A stretch of 64,000 bases of DNA from Leucoraja ocellata (lineage: Eukaryota): assembly GCA_036785375.1 (NCBI GenBank), contig JAWMAR010000384.1:682001-746000 (forward strand), read 5' to 3'. Made by a program: the position numbers and the translations under genes. Under the pieces are notes generated by a model, which was not told the DNA's origin, ran no database searches, and saw only the letters and a list, made by a program, of their open reading frames with translations. This document shows, piece after piece, positions 25,023 through 35,650 of the stretch (the stretch's first letter is position 1; the number at the start of each line of letters is the position of its first letter).

Positions 25023-25952
25023 AGAAACATAGAAAATAGGTGCAGGAGTAGGCCATTCGGCCCTTCGAGCCTGCACCGCCATTCAATATGATCATGGCTG
25101 ATCATCCAACTCAGTATCCTGTACCTGCCTTCTCTCCATACCCCCTGATCCCTTTAGCCACAACGGCCACATCTAACTCTCTCTTAAATATAGCCAATGA
25201 ACTGGCCTTAACTACCTTCTGTGGCAGAGAGTTCCAGAGATTCACCACTCTCTGTGAGAAAAATGTTTTTCTCATCTAGGTCCTAAAGGATTTCCCCTTT
25301 ATCCTTAAACTGTGACCCCTTGTCCTGGACTTCCCCAACATCAGGAACAATCTTCCTGCATCTAGCCTGTCCAACCCCTTAAGAATTTTGTAAGTTTCTA
25401 TAAGATCCCCCCTCAATCTCCTAAATTCTAGCGAGTACAAGCCGAGTCTATCCAGTTTTTCTTCATATGAAAGTCCTGACATCCCAGGAATCAGTCTGGT
25501 GAACCTTCTCTGCACATCCTCTATGGCAAGAATGTCTTTCCTCGGATTTGGAGACCAAAACTGTACGCAATACTCCAGGTGTGGTCTCACCTGCAATAGA
25601 ACCTCCCTGCTCCCATACTCAAATCCTTTTGTTATGAATGCTAACATACCATTTGCTTTCTTCACTGCCTGCTGCACCTGCATGCCTACTTTCAATGACT
25701 GGTGTACCATGACACCCAGGTCTCGTTGCATCTCCCCTTTTCCTAATTGGCCACCATTTATATAATAGTCTACTTTCCTGTTTTTGCCACCAAAGTGGAT
25801 AACCTCACATTTATCCACATTATACTGCATCTGCCATGCATTTGCCCACTCACCCAGTCCATCCAAGTCTCCTAGCATCCTCCTCACAGCTAACACTGCC
25901 CCCCAGCTTCGTGTCATCCGCAAACTAGGAGATGTTGCATTCCCTCGTCCAA
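25023..25952 (-). mobile_element. 5'-truncated CR1
   Basis: ORF 25276-25923 RT C-terminus; catagaa tail. Confidence 0.93.
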
Positions 25953-26289
25953 ATCAATAATCATCAATAGGGATTATTTCTTGAATTGTCCCTCTTAAAT
26001 TGCAAAAATACTTATGCAGTTCCATTATTTAAAAACGGTGAGGGAAGCTCAAACTTGTCAGTTTATTAATAGTTGTTGGGAGGTTATTGGCATTTGTAAT
26101 TAAAGGCTGACAGTAAAAAAGTCTCTTGATTTGAGAGAGCCAACATGGACATGTAAAGGGTAGAACAAGTCTATTGAGCATGTTCACATCTTTTAATTGT
26201 GTAGGTAGTGCAATGGACATGGAAAATGTCCATGCACATAGTTTATATGGATTTTGAGATAGCATTTTATAAGATGTAAACCCATGCAT

Positions 26290-27300
26290 GATTTTAGCAC
26301 AATTTGGTAATCCAATGATTATTTGCAATATTTTGAACAGTAGGTTTGGGCAAACAATATTGCAGGTGAGAAAAGGGCAGGCATATTCCTTGACATTTTG
26401 GTCTATACATGCTTTCAACCTCAAAGGTCTGGTTGCACCAAACAAATTGATGGGGTTATCATGCACAGAACAATGCCTTTCAAATGATTCACATTGGAGA
26501 ATGGACCAGATTTCATTGTGGGCATCAAGAAGGTGGACCTCTTGCCGATTACATGGTTACATTGACGTGTGTTTTTAATGGTCACATGTACCAAGGTACA
26601 GTGAAATTTCTTTTTTTGCATACAGTTTAGTAAACAAATGTTGCAGTATAAAGCTACAAGAGTGCAAGAATAGTGCATGATACTAAGACAGCACACAATA
26701 GTCGCCACGTTTCCAGCACCATTTTGTGTTATTCAAATCCAACGTTATTAACAATATCGAGTCTTAACTTTGCCACAAATGCCTATTGACCTGGCTGCGG
26801 CACAGGGTTGGAGGTCTCCCCATAACTAGTCCGCCATCCCTGGCAAACATCCCTAAATCAATAGTGTTATCGGGTATTATCTCCACATTATTGGTTAAGA
26901 TGGTGATTGCAACCTACTACCAACAGCTCGATGACTCATTTTTTAAAAAGTTAGTTCATGAAGATAGCTTAAAAATCTGAGCTCCAACCAAAGTTGATAA
27001 ACCAGCCCAAAAGGATGTTGGTCATGTTCCTGTAGTTTTTTTGCTCTCGGATTTTGCCCGTCATGGTCAGTTAGTCTGTGGTCATCGAGGACTGATTTTT
27101 GTTCGAATACATTGACTGTAAAGCCAGTCTGTGATATCGGGACACAAGCAGAGTCTGTTACCATTGTGGCTGAAACAGGAAAACCCCACTTTGGTGAGAA
27201 AATGGGTCATTTACAAAGTGATTGCGAAAGTGCAAAATCCGCTATTGGTGCCCAGTATGTGCTTGACACCAAGGAGGACACTGAACCCGCGGAAGAATAA
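26290..27300 (+). mobile_element. Heavily decayed Gypsy-type LTR retrotransposon remnant (gag-like start)
   Basis: With stops and frameshifts: YLQYFEQ*VWANNIAGEKRAGIFL, LKGLVAPNK and RFHCGHQEGGPLADYMVTL resemble the Gypsy gag pattern ERLEQYF.AN.I..EK..AIFL / LRNL.AP.KP / RF..R.Q..GE.I.DY...L. The part after ~26780 is weakly supported. Confidence 0.5.
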
Positions 27301-29029
27301 TTTGTATTATTAGCTGAACTGAACGGGGCAGTGAAGGAATTTGGACCCATGTTTCTAATTATTATGGAAATGGAAAACAATTTCAACGTGATTTAATGGA
27401 AGAATCCAAAATTACATAAATTGTTCTGCTCATGTGTTAGTTTGTAACCGTTAAAATCAGTTTTCAAGCATAAATAATATGGTGTAATAGGATAAAAAGA
27501 TATAACATTGTTGAGAGTGATCTTTTATTTCGTTCAGTAATGAGAGATTTGCAATTAAAATTAGCCTCAGAAAAAATAAAATATAAGCATGGGGGCTCAG
27601 ATTCTGAACTGTTCTGATGTTCTGATGGCAAACTGAACATATTTACCTTGGAGAGGTACTACAATCGATAAAGGAATCATAGAAACATAGAAAATAGGTC
27701 CATTTGAGCCAGCACCGCCATTCAATATGATCATGGCTGATCATCCAGAATCAGTACCTGTTCCTGGTTTCTCCACATATCTCTTGATTCCATTAGCCCT
27801 AAGATCTAAATCTAACTCTCTCTTGAAAACATCAAGTGAATTGGCTTCCACTGCCTTTGGTGGCAGAGAATTCCACAGATTCACACCTCTCTGTCAGTGA
27901 TGTTAGATGATGGTGTGTTGGATACGGAGACTGGTGAGGTGAATGGCGAGGACCAGGGGATGTTTCTCCCTCTTCAATTTAGGAGGGGGGGGGGGGGGGG
28001 GGGGAGGAAGGAAGGAATAGAGAGGATTCCATAGATTCACAACTCTGGCTGAAAATGTTTTTCCCTATCTCAGTCCTCATGGGAAATGTGTCTAGAGTTG
28101 TCGATTGATTGCTGCACCGGGGTTCATTGAAAAGCAGTGATGTTGAGAGGCTGAAAGACCATGGTGAGGAAGTGATAGTATTTTGATCTGCAACCTTAAT
28201 GTCAATTACTCTCGTATGGGATTCCATGTACACTTGGGACTGCTCCACGCAACTGGCGTTTCTTGTTCTGCTTTGTATCTGTTTATTCACTAATTATTTA
28301 TCCCGTGTAACTCCCAGGCATCTTTTATTTCTTATTTTGAAAAAAAGGCATCGTCTGCATCTGTCTAACATCAGTCATGACACGAGTGCGATTCAACACA
28401 ACAAAACTTAATCATTAAGACATAATCAAAAAGTATCTCAATGTTATATTTCACTGTATCCATCGGTACTGTCCCTTGATGCGATGCAGGAATGTTGCAG
28501 CTAACGTGAAGCAATTCTGTGGTTGATTTGCTGCGACTCTTGAATTCTATATAATGTGCCGCCACTATTATCTATTTTATCTTTTTTATCTATTTTATCC
28601 TTTTATCTATTTTATCCTTTTGTTTTTTTATGTTGCACGGTGAGCCAGATGCAACGAAATTTCGTTCAGACTTGCATTTGTCAGTGTATTTTTGAATGAC
28701 AATAAAATCTTTGATCTAAAAAGCAATAAAAAAATGTATGGACCACATGTTTTAATTGTGTAATTTATTGCATAGCTTTCGTCGGAGTATCACTGCTCCA
28801 CCAGTAGTGGCGTGGCACCTATATCTCCTCCAGAGAAAGAAGATTGGGCCTTGATTCGACGTTTTATCTGAACTGCTTGAAGATTGCCTATCTTGCTTAT
28901 TACCGTACTGGAAAGTTCGCCGCGATTGTAGAATATGTCCAAGTCCTGCAGTGGCAAATTAAAAAAAAAATAACTCTGACGTGTGTGTCCTAAGCAAACA
29001 TAACTCGATGGTGTGATGCCCACACCATC

Positions 29030-29318
29030 CTGGCCACACACTCATCTCCCTGCTACCTTCAGGAATAGCTGCTTCCCCACAGCCATCAGGCTATTAAACC
29101 TGGCACGGACAAAACTCTGATTATTAATAACCTATTATCTGTTATTTGCACTTTATCAGTTTATTTATTCATGTGTGCATATATTTATATAATGGTATAT
29201 GGACACACTGGTCTGTTTTGTAGTAAATGCCTACTGTGTTCTGTGTGCTGAAGCAAACCAAGAATTTAATTGTCCTATCAGGGACATGTGACAATAAACT
29301 CACTTGAACTTGAACTCA
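29030..29318 (+). mobile_element. Rex1/Babar-type LINE 3' end
   Basis: LLPSG...S.FPTAIRLLN remnant; caataaa plus (cttgaa)n tail. Similar - strand ends with (TTAC)n tails at ~15170-15470 and ~21868-22170. Confidence 0.65.
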
Positions 29319-32303
29319 AGTGTTAGTCTTGTCAGGTGAAAGCAGTGAAGGGGATTCATCCTTTCTCCAACGCTCTGCTCTCACACTGAGATTCCTGGCA
29401 CATCAGGTGATACGTATGTGTTCTGTCCAGTGTTTCTGCATCTCTTGAACGTGCTTGTGCAAGAGGTGTAAGGGTGAGGTAGTAGATTCAAGGTTGTCTA
29501 ATGCAGTGTGAATGTGGATGAAGGACTGGGTGTAGTCAGGGATTGGGTGATATGGTATGTGTGATAGAATGATGGAGCACGTTGAAACATAAAGTATTGA
29601 CTTTTCTAACTTCAAGTAACCCTTGCTTTCTCTCTCTCTCCATCCCCTCCCCCATCCTAGCTCACCGACTAGTCCCCCTTGTCCTGATTAAAATAACTTT
29701 GTGCGCCTCGTTGCCGCCTTCCCCTCAGCTAACAATGATCTATTCTACGTTTTCCTTTATTCACGTCCCCTCTGATCTCTCGTTTCACACCTAACCCTTC
29801 CTTATCTCTATGTCTCCCTCTCCCTTGACTCTCAGTCTGAAGAAGGGTCTCGACCCGAAAGGTCACCAATTCCTTCTCTATAGATGCTCCCTGTCGTGCG
29901 TTTGTGGTTATCTTCGGTAGAAGATACAAAATTGTTTAGGGGTTGGACAGGCTAGATGCAGGAAGATTGTTCCCGATGTTGGGGAAGTCCAGGACAAGGG
30001 GTCGCAGTTTAAGGATAAAGGGGAAATCCTTTAGGACCGAGATGAGAAAAACATTTTTCACACAGAGAGTGGTGAATCTCTGGAATTATCTGCCACAGAA
30101 GGTAGTTGACGCCAGTACATTTGGCTATATTTAAGATGTGGCCCTTGTGGCTGATAGGCTGTGGGCCGAGGAGATTTATTCCAGTGTTTCGTGACCCAAG
30201 TCACAGAACTACATGAAATGTTCATATATTGTTTAAAAAAATTATATAAATCAGCCCTGAAACTCGTCATGAACAAGACTTGCACATTTTTTTATTAAAT
30301 TAGAGAAAAACTGGAAAAATATCGGGTATTTTTAGTCCAATCAAAGGAGTTGTCTGCCAGTTGGCCAATCACGCGCTTTGTTTCAGGCTAGCACACAACA
30401 TAGCTGAGAGGGCTTCACTGATGCCTGTTTTACTGGAGATTCCGATGAAGGTTCTTTGTTCAGGAAACTTGCAGCAGGGTAATTGAATTTAGTGAGAAAA
30501 GCATTAAGAAGTCTGAAAAAATGTGCAGCTAAGTGGATAGAAGTGGAAGAAAGTCTTGAAACCAAAGTCCCTTCTGAGATGCTGCAACACAAAGTTGTGG
30601 AACTTTGTGAATCAACTCAAACTGAAAGGTAAGATCTACAGTCTGAATATATGAAAATTAATCTGTATGGACTTTAATTAGTTTAAATGCACTCCTTATA
30701 ATGTGAAAAAATGAGATTTGGAGGCTGCTTTTTTAGGTGCAGGATATGCCGAAACCGGAAATATAACGTGTACATAGTGCCATAGGTATAATAATATATT
30801 ATATTATTGTATTATTATATTATTATATCTATATTACTATCTGGAATATATATAGGTATTGGCGATCACCTGCAGTAAAGAATCCAAAACTTTGTAATTG
30901 CGCTCAGCGAAGAATGCTTTCCTTTTTAGTTCTGATTACCCAACCCATTACCTGAAGATGAAGTCAGCTAGGGCTTTTGATGAACATAAAATAATGGGGA
31001 AAGAACTCACGTGGGCGATTAGAATGGCCAAAGGGGTAAGTGATAAAGCTCTTTGTTGCGCAGGAAGAGACTGCAGATGCTGGTTTGAACCGAAGATAGA
31101 CATAAATAGCTGGACTCTCAGCGGGACAGGCAGCATCTCTGGAGAGAAGGGATGGGTGATGTTTCGGGTCGAGACCCTTTTTTAGACTTTTTTGTTGCGT
31201 TGGATTGCAGAGGTAAAGGACAAGGACATGGTGGATTGTGAGCTCAGTGTGGAGAATGCTATTATGCCATGAAAATTTGGGATTAAGATGGGGGAAGTGT
31301 TGGGGCTCTTGAAAAGCATTACAACAGATAAATCCCCAGGAGGTCCCAGATTATTGAGACGGGCAGATAGCAGAAGCATTGTCGGAGATCCTTGATGTTC
31401 TCTAGCCACACGCGATGTGATTAGCGCTGGAAAGTAGATAATTGTGTTCCTTTATTTGAGAAGGGAGGTAGAGAGAATCTAGAAAAAATATATAGGCCGG
31501 CGATCCTCTCGTCTGTGGTAGAGAAGCTATTGTTGAGGATTCTCCCAGATAGGATTTACTCCATTTTGAAAGAGAATGGGTTAATTAGGGGCATTAATTG
31601 GAATTACTTTATAAATGACTCCTATTTTACTAATTTGATCATGTTTTTGACGAGGCGAGGAAGGTGATCGATGAAGGTAGGGCGGTGGATGTTGTCTACA
31701 TGGATTTTGTAAGCCATTTGATGAAGTCCCTCATGGCAAATTGATCTAGAAAATCACCATGCATTGGATTCTGAGTGATTATGGCCTTTGGATTCACAGC
31801 TGACCTATGGACAAAATACCGTTGTGGTGTGATAGATAGGTTGTGGTGGAAGGAGAATATTCAGAATTTTGGATAGGCACATGGATACGAAGGAATTTGG
31901 GGATATTAATTATATGTACCCCGATAGGTTTAGGTATTGACATCGCGGTTGGCACAGATGTTGGAGGCTGAACGGTCAGTTCTTGTGCTATTCCACGTTC
32001 TATGTTCAATAAAGATTGCAAACTTCACCACTGGTCCAACGAATCAGCAGAAATAACTCGGCATCTATTCCGCCGAACTACAGAGAATTTTAGATATTAT
32101 TGTGATATCAGCTCCTTTATTTTCTCAGCGCCTTTGAAAATAGGACCGATATAACGCACACCTCATCCACTAATCAGATAATAGAGAGAGACAGAGACAA
32201 AGAGAGATTAAGGTTGGATTGTATTCGATAGATTTTTTTTTTTGTTAAAGCAAAAATCTACGATGCAAAAACCACTGAGTTTTGATCAATATTTGAAGAT
32301 GCA

Positions 32304-32309
32304 TTTAAT
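32304..32309 (-). terminator. Candidate poly(A) signal of IgL cluster A (ATTAAA)
   Basis: TTTAAT on + strand ~200 nt 3' of the C stop; an AATAAA also lies at 32116-32121. Confidence 0.45.
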
Positions 32310-32507
32310 TAGAATTCCAATAACATTTGACTATCAATTAATAATAGGATTGCTTTGATTGAATGACATTTACTAATGGTAAGACATACGACAATTTTAA
32401 ACGCAAAGGCTAGTTGACAACAATGAATATTCCTCGAATCATTTTTAACAATTGAAAGAGGGATCAAAAGATATTTCCTCGACTCGATTAGGTGGAATGT
32501 AGGCATT

Positions 32508-32830
32508 TTACATGCAGGTGGATTTGGCGATGTTTGTCGTCAGCGGGTTAGCCTGAGTCTCGTGTTTAACCACACAAGAGTAAAGCTCGTGTGAGTTCCA
32601 GACTGTGGCCGGCAGAGTCAGGTAACTGCTCGCACTGAACGTGTTGTCCTTCTCCTGTTGGATTCGGCTGGTCTCAACGCCGTCACTTCTCGCACTGCCG
32701 TCCACGGTCCAGTCAATGTTCACAGCGCCCGGATTAAACCCACTCACCAAACACACCAGGGTGGCCGTGTTCTTTCCCGTGATTTCCTCCGCTGACGGTC
32801 GGAGAACGGACACTGTGGGGGCGCGTGGGT
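32508..32830 (-). CDS. Ig light chain C exon, lambda/type II (cluster A)
   Basis: aaacag| acceptor, phase 1. (N)PRAPTVSVLRPSAEEITGKNTATLVCLVSGFNPGAVNIDWTVDG...YSCVVKHETQANPLTTNIAKSTCM*: C1-set Cys/Trp/Cys and penultimate Cys. Resembles shark type II C regions as recalled. Confidence 0.96.
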
Positions 32831-33279
32831 CTGTTTGAAACAAGGTTTTGCAGTATTATTAATAGTCGCGTAAGTAGAGAAATGATCATATTTGCACGAC
32901 GCATAAATCTAATTTTGCAACAATGTCAAACATACTATTTATCGCATTCTAAATTGTTTTAGAAATATTCCACATTATTATTATTCTTGAACTGTTCCAC
33001 ATTAACCTTGAAGTTCATATGCCTTTCTCGAAAGCTATAATGTTTTTTGAAGTTATAATTTAGCTCAGACTTCCCAAATAGGACAATGAATCTTGCTCAC
33101 TTCACTCAGCGGCGCCAACAAAAACAAAACGCGCTAAGACATCCCCTGGAATAAAACTGATTTTATCTGAGATGGTTCAGAAATTTAAGGTACAATGTAA
33201 ATTCACATTTTTAAAGTTATTTTTCAAGTTAAAATATTCGCTATCCTAGTGATTCCAGAATGCTCACACAGAAAGTATG

Positions 33280-33620
33280 TCGGCCACTCCAAACGAATAT
33301 GACTGTCCTCTCATAGAGGACGCCGGTGCGTGGGAAGACGTTTATTTAACGCACAGGCAGCCACCACATGGTCCTTGACAAGTCTGGGTCAGAATCCAGT
33401 GGCATGGATGCAGCCTTCATCCGCCTTCACAGCCGTTGTGACGCTCCACCAAGGTCAGCCATCATCCTCTGCCTGTTCCACCGTTGAGGACTTGGTTGAA
33501 TTGCTCTTTGTCAAAGACCTCCCCCTCGACCTTACCGCCACGGGCGACCCTATCAGGAGCATAGCTCCAGACGGCATCGCTCTCAGGACCACACAAGCTT
33601 CTCCACCACGACAGGATGAC
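33280..33620 (-). mobile_element. RTE (Expander/Rex3-like) 5'-derived fragment in the J-C intron of cluster A
   Basis: Reverse strand CCTGTCGTGGTGGAGAAGCTTG...GAGCGATGCCGTCTGGAGC..CTCCTGATAGGGTCGCCC resembles RTE 5' UTRs; absent from the cluster B and C introns. Confidence 0.55.
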
Positions 33621-34961
33621 AATCCACGATTACATTTCACAACATAAAACACATTGATCCCGGAATGTATAATGACGCAAGGAATTCAACATCATATTTA
33701 ACTGAAAATGATTGACCTCAGTATTTCAATAACAATGAGAATCTATAGGAGGAATAATTAAGCACGCATTTGAAAGCATAAACTAAAGTGTTCTTCTTGG
33801 TTTCTTGGTCCTCTAAAATTTTCCAAATGGTGGTGGAGGGAGGACTGTATAAACTAATAATTGACGATGTCAGGACGTTCGCTTTGGTTCTGCGTTTTTG
33901 TTTGTTTCTGGCGCAACTTTGCTTCAGAAGGCGATTCGGGTTAAATTTTAATTCCAATAGAAGAGCATTGGAATGCCCCAACTCCCTTCAGTGGCTAATT
34001 AAATACACATTAAACAATTCAAACTAGCGTTTAAACAGTTTAAAAAATGTAAAATAAATGCAGGATAAATGTGATAATAGTCTTCTCGGGATATGGCTAA
34101 ATTATTTGAACATCTGAAGAAGCCTGTTCTAATTGACTGACTAATTTGTTTGTTTTCACGTTGTTTCTATTTCATTGGGCGCCAAAGAAAAAAAATCCTC
34201 TAACTACGGTCAGATTCCATATACCGGAAACACTGCTGCACTGCTCCTCTAGCGGGAAGTGTAACAGAAAAATGGCGCAAGGCGACTAATGCACAGCCGG
34301 CAGGAATTGACATTATTATTATCTTATACATTTGCACTTCTACTCTCGATACCGAAACCCACGTCAGGGAAAATTAAATACAATCTTATGAATTGTTCCA
34401 ATCTTTTGCTCATGCCTAATACAAGTTTACCAATCCATATAAAAACAATTCAAAGCGAGATTCCAGGTGTCTGACAGGTTATTGGGTTTGAACCAATAAT
34501 TCTGAGAAATGCACTTTCTTTATCTATACATGTTCATAATTTTAGGAAAAACCCACGAGTGTCGAATGATGCGCAGCTCTCGGATATTCCAGAGTTCGCG
34601 ATGGGGCATCAACCCAAAGTCAGTGCTATTATTGAAGGTGCGTCTTCTAATAGAATCATTCGTGCCATCAAAAGAAGGAAGACAAGCTTCTTTACCGCCG
34701 GCCTATTTCCTACCCTGGTTGACAATTGTTAGTTCATCGTTTGAAAAGTAATTAAGAATGAAAAATGTACAGCCGAAAAGGCATTTGCCCAACCCATATC
34801 GTTACTTCAATCAAGTTGCCAAAACATACTTGATTTTAGCCGTGTATTTAGAAAAGATAGGCTTTAAAATACTTTTATTTGCACCATTAATTAAGCGACA
34901 CTAAACTAATTGCCTTTCACTGTAGTATCAAGCACCCAAATAGTGAAGATATTTTACTTAC

Positions 34962-35306
34962 TGCCAATACTCAGCCTCGTTCCTGTGCCGAAGATTACAG
35001 CATTTTTCCACACGGTACAGTAGTAGTCAGCAGCGTCCCCCGACTGCACGTTCGATATTGTCAATGTTGCAGTGTTGCCTGACACTGATCCGGCGAAACG
35101 GTCGGAAACTCCCGAAGCTCTGTTAATGCTGCTTCCCGACCAAAAGTAGAGCAGATACCGCGGCGCTTTTCCAAAAATCTGTTGGTACCAGTAAACATTG
35201 GTACTACCTAAACTGTCGCCAGACATGGTGCAGGGTATTTGCTCGTTCTGCCCCGGCGACGTGGACCGTGAAGGCGGTTGATTTAGTGTAACCTCCGCGT
35301 TTATAC
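34962..35306 (-). CDS. Germline-joined VJ exon of Ig light chain (cluster A)
   Basis: ttccag|GT...GGCA|gtaagt. (C)INAEVTLNQPPSRSTSPGQNEQIPCTMSG...WYQQ...DAADYYCTVWKNAVIFGTGTRLSIG: V runs directly into the FGxG J in frame, with no RSS. Confidence 0.96.
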
Positions 35307-35429
35307 CTGGAAGAAAAATTAGAAAAGGTGAACTATTCATTTACATTCGCGAAACAACATGCGTCAGTAAAATAAAGTTATAATTGTACTCGAAATTAAA
35401 CATCATGTCGGTGTCAGTAGAATACTCAC

Positions 35430-35478
35430 AAACTGCGGAAAACGCTAATGCATAGACTACACGGACCCAGCAAGACAT
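35430..35478 (-). CDS. Leader (L1) exon, cluster A
   Basis: ATG at 35478; MSCWVRVVYALAFSAV + T|gtgagt; phase 1 matches the VJ exon. Confidence 0.92.
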
Positions 35479-35534
35479 TGTAAATATCTGAGTGGGGGGC
35501 GCCTGGTGAAGTGGTACACACGTTACTCTCCGGG

Positions 35535-35650
35535 TCTCTTATGAACCGTGTGACGAGGCGTCACTGGGTGTTCGTATGCAAAACATTCCAATCACTACTC
35601 ACGTTGCGCCAATCAGAAGTTGCCAGATTCTTCTTGTGTCAAATTATTCC
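35535..35650 (-). promoter_or_regulatory. V promoter, cluster A
   Basis: Split CRE-like palindrome TGACGaggCGTCA (35551-35563), octamer variant TTTTGCAT (35576-35583, sense strand), and CTGATTGG/CCAAT box in a block conserved with cluster B (35603-35633). Confidence 0.7.

Noticed and set aside
27001-27300. 100-codon open frame ending ...DTKEDTEPAEE
   Set aside because: No supported splice or start context; it adjoins a decayed LTR-retrotransposon remnant, and I cannot assign a homolog.
30165-30790. Possible DNA-transposon fragment or promoter (two CCAAT boxes)
   Set aside because: No TIR/TSD pair or downstream exon could be identified, so there is not enough support to call it.
34962-35306. 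Processed pseudogene or somatic rearrangement explaining VJ fusion
   Set aside because: Leader and J-C introns and promoters are present, and two diverged paralogs share the same junction.
34954-35340. ORF-track start MNSSPFLIFLPG as the V signal peptide
   Set aside because: That stretch is the intron polypyrimidine tract; a proper leader exon with a GT donor lies at 35430-35478 and is conserved in cluster B.
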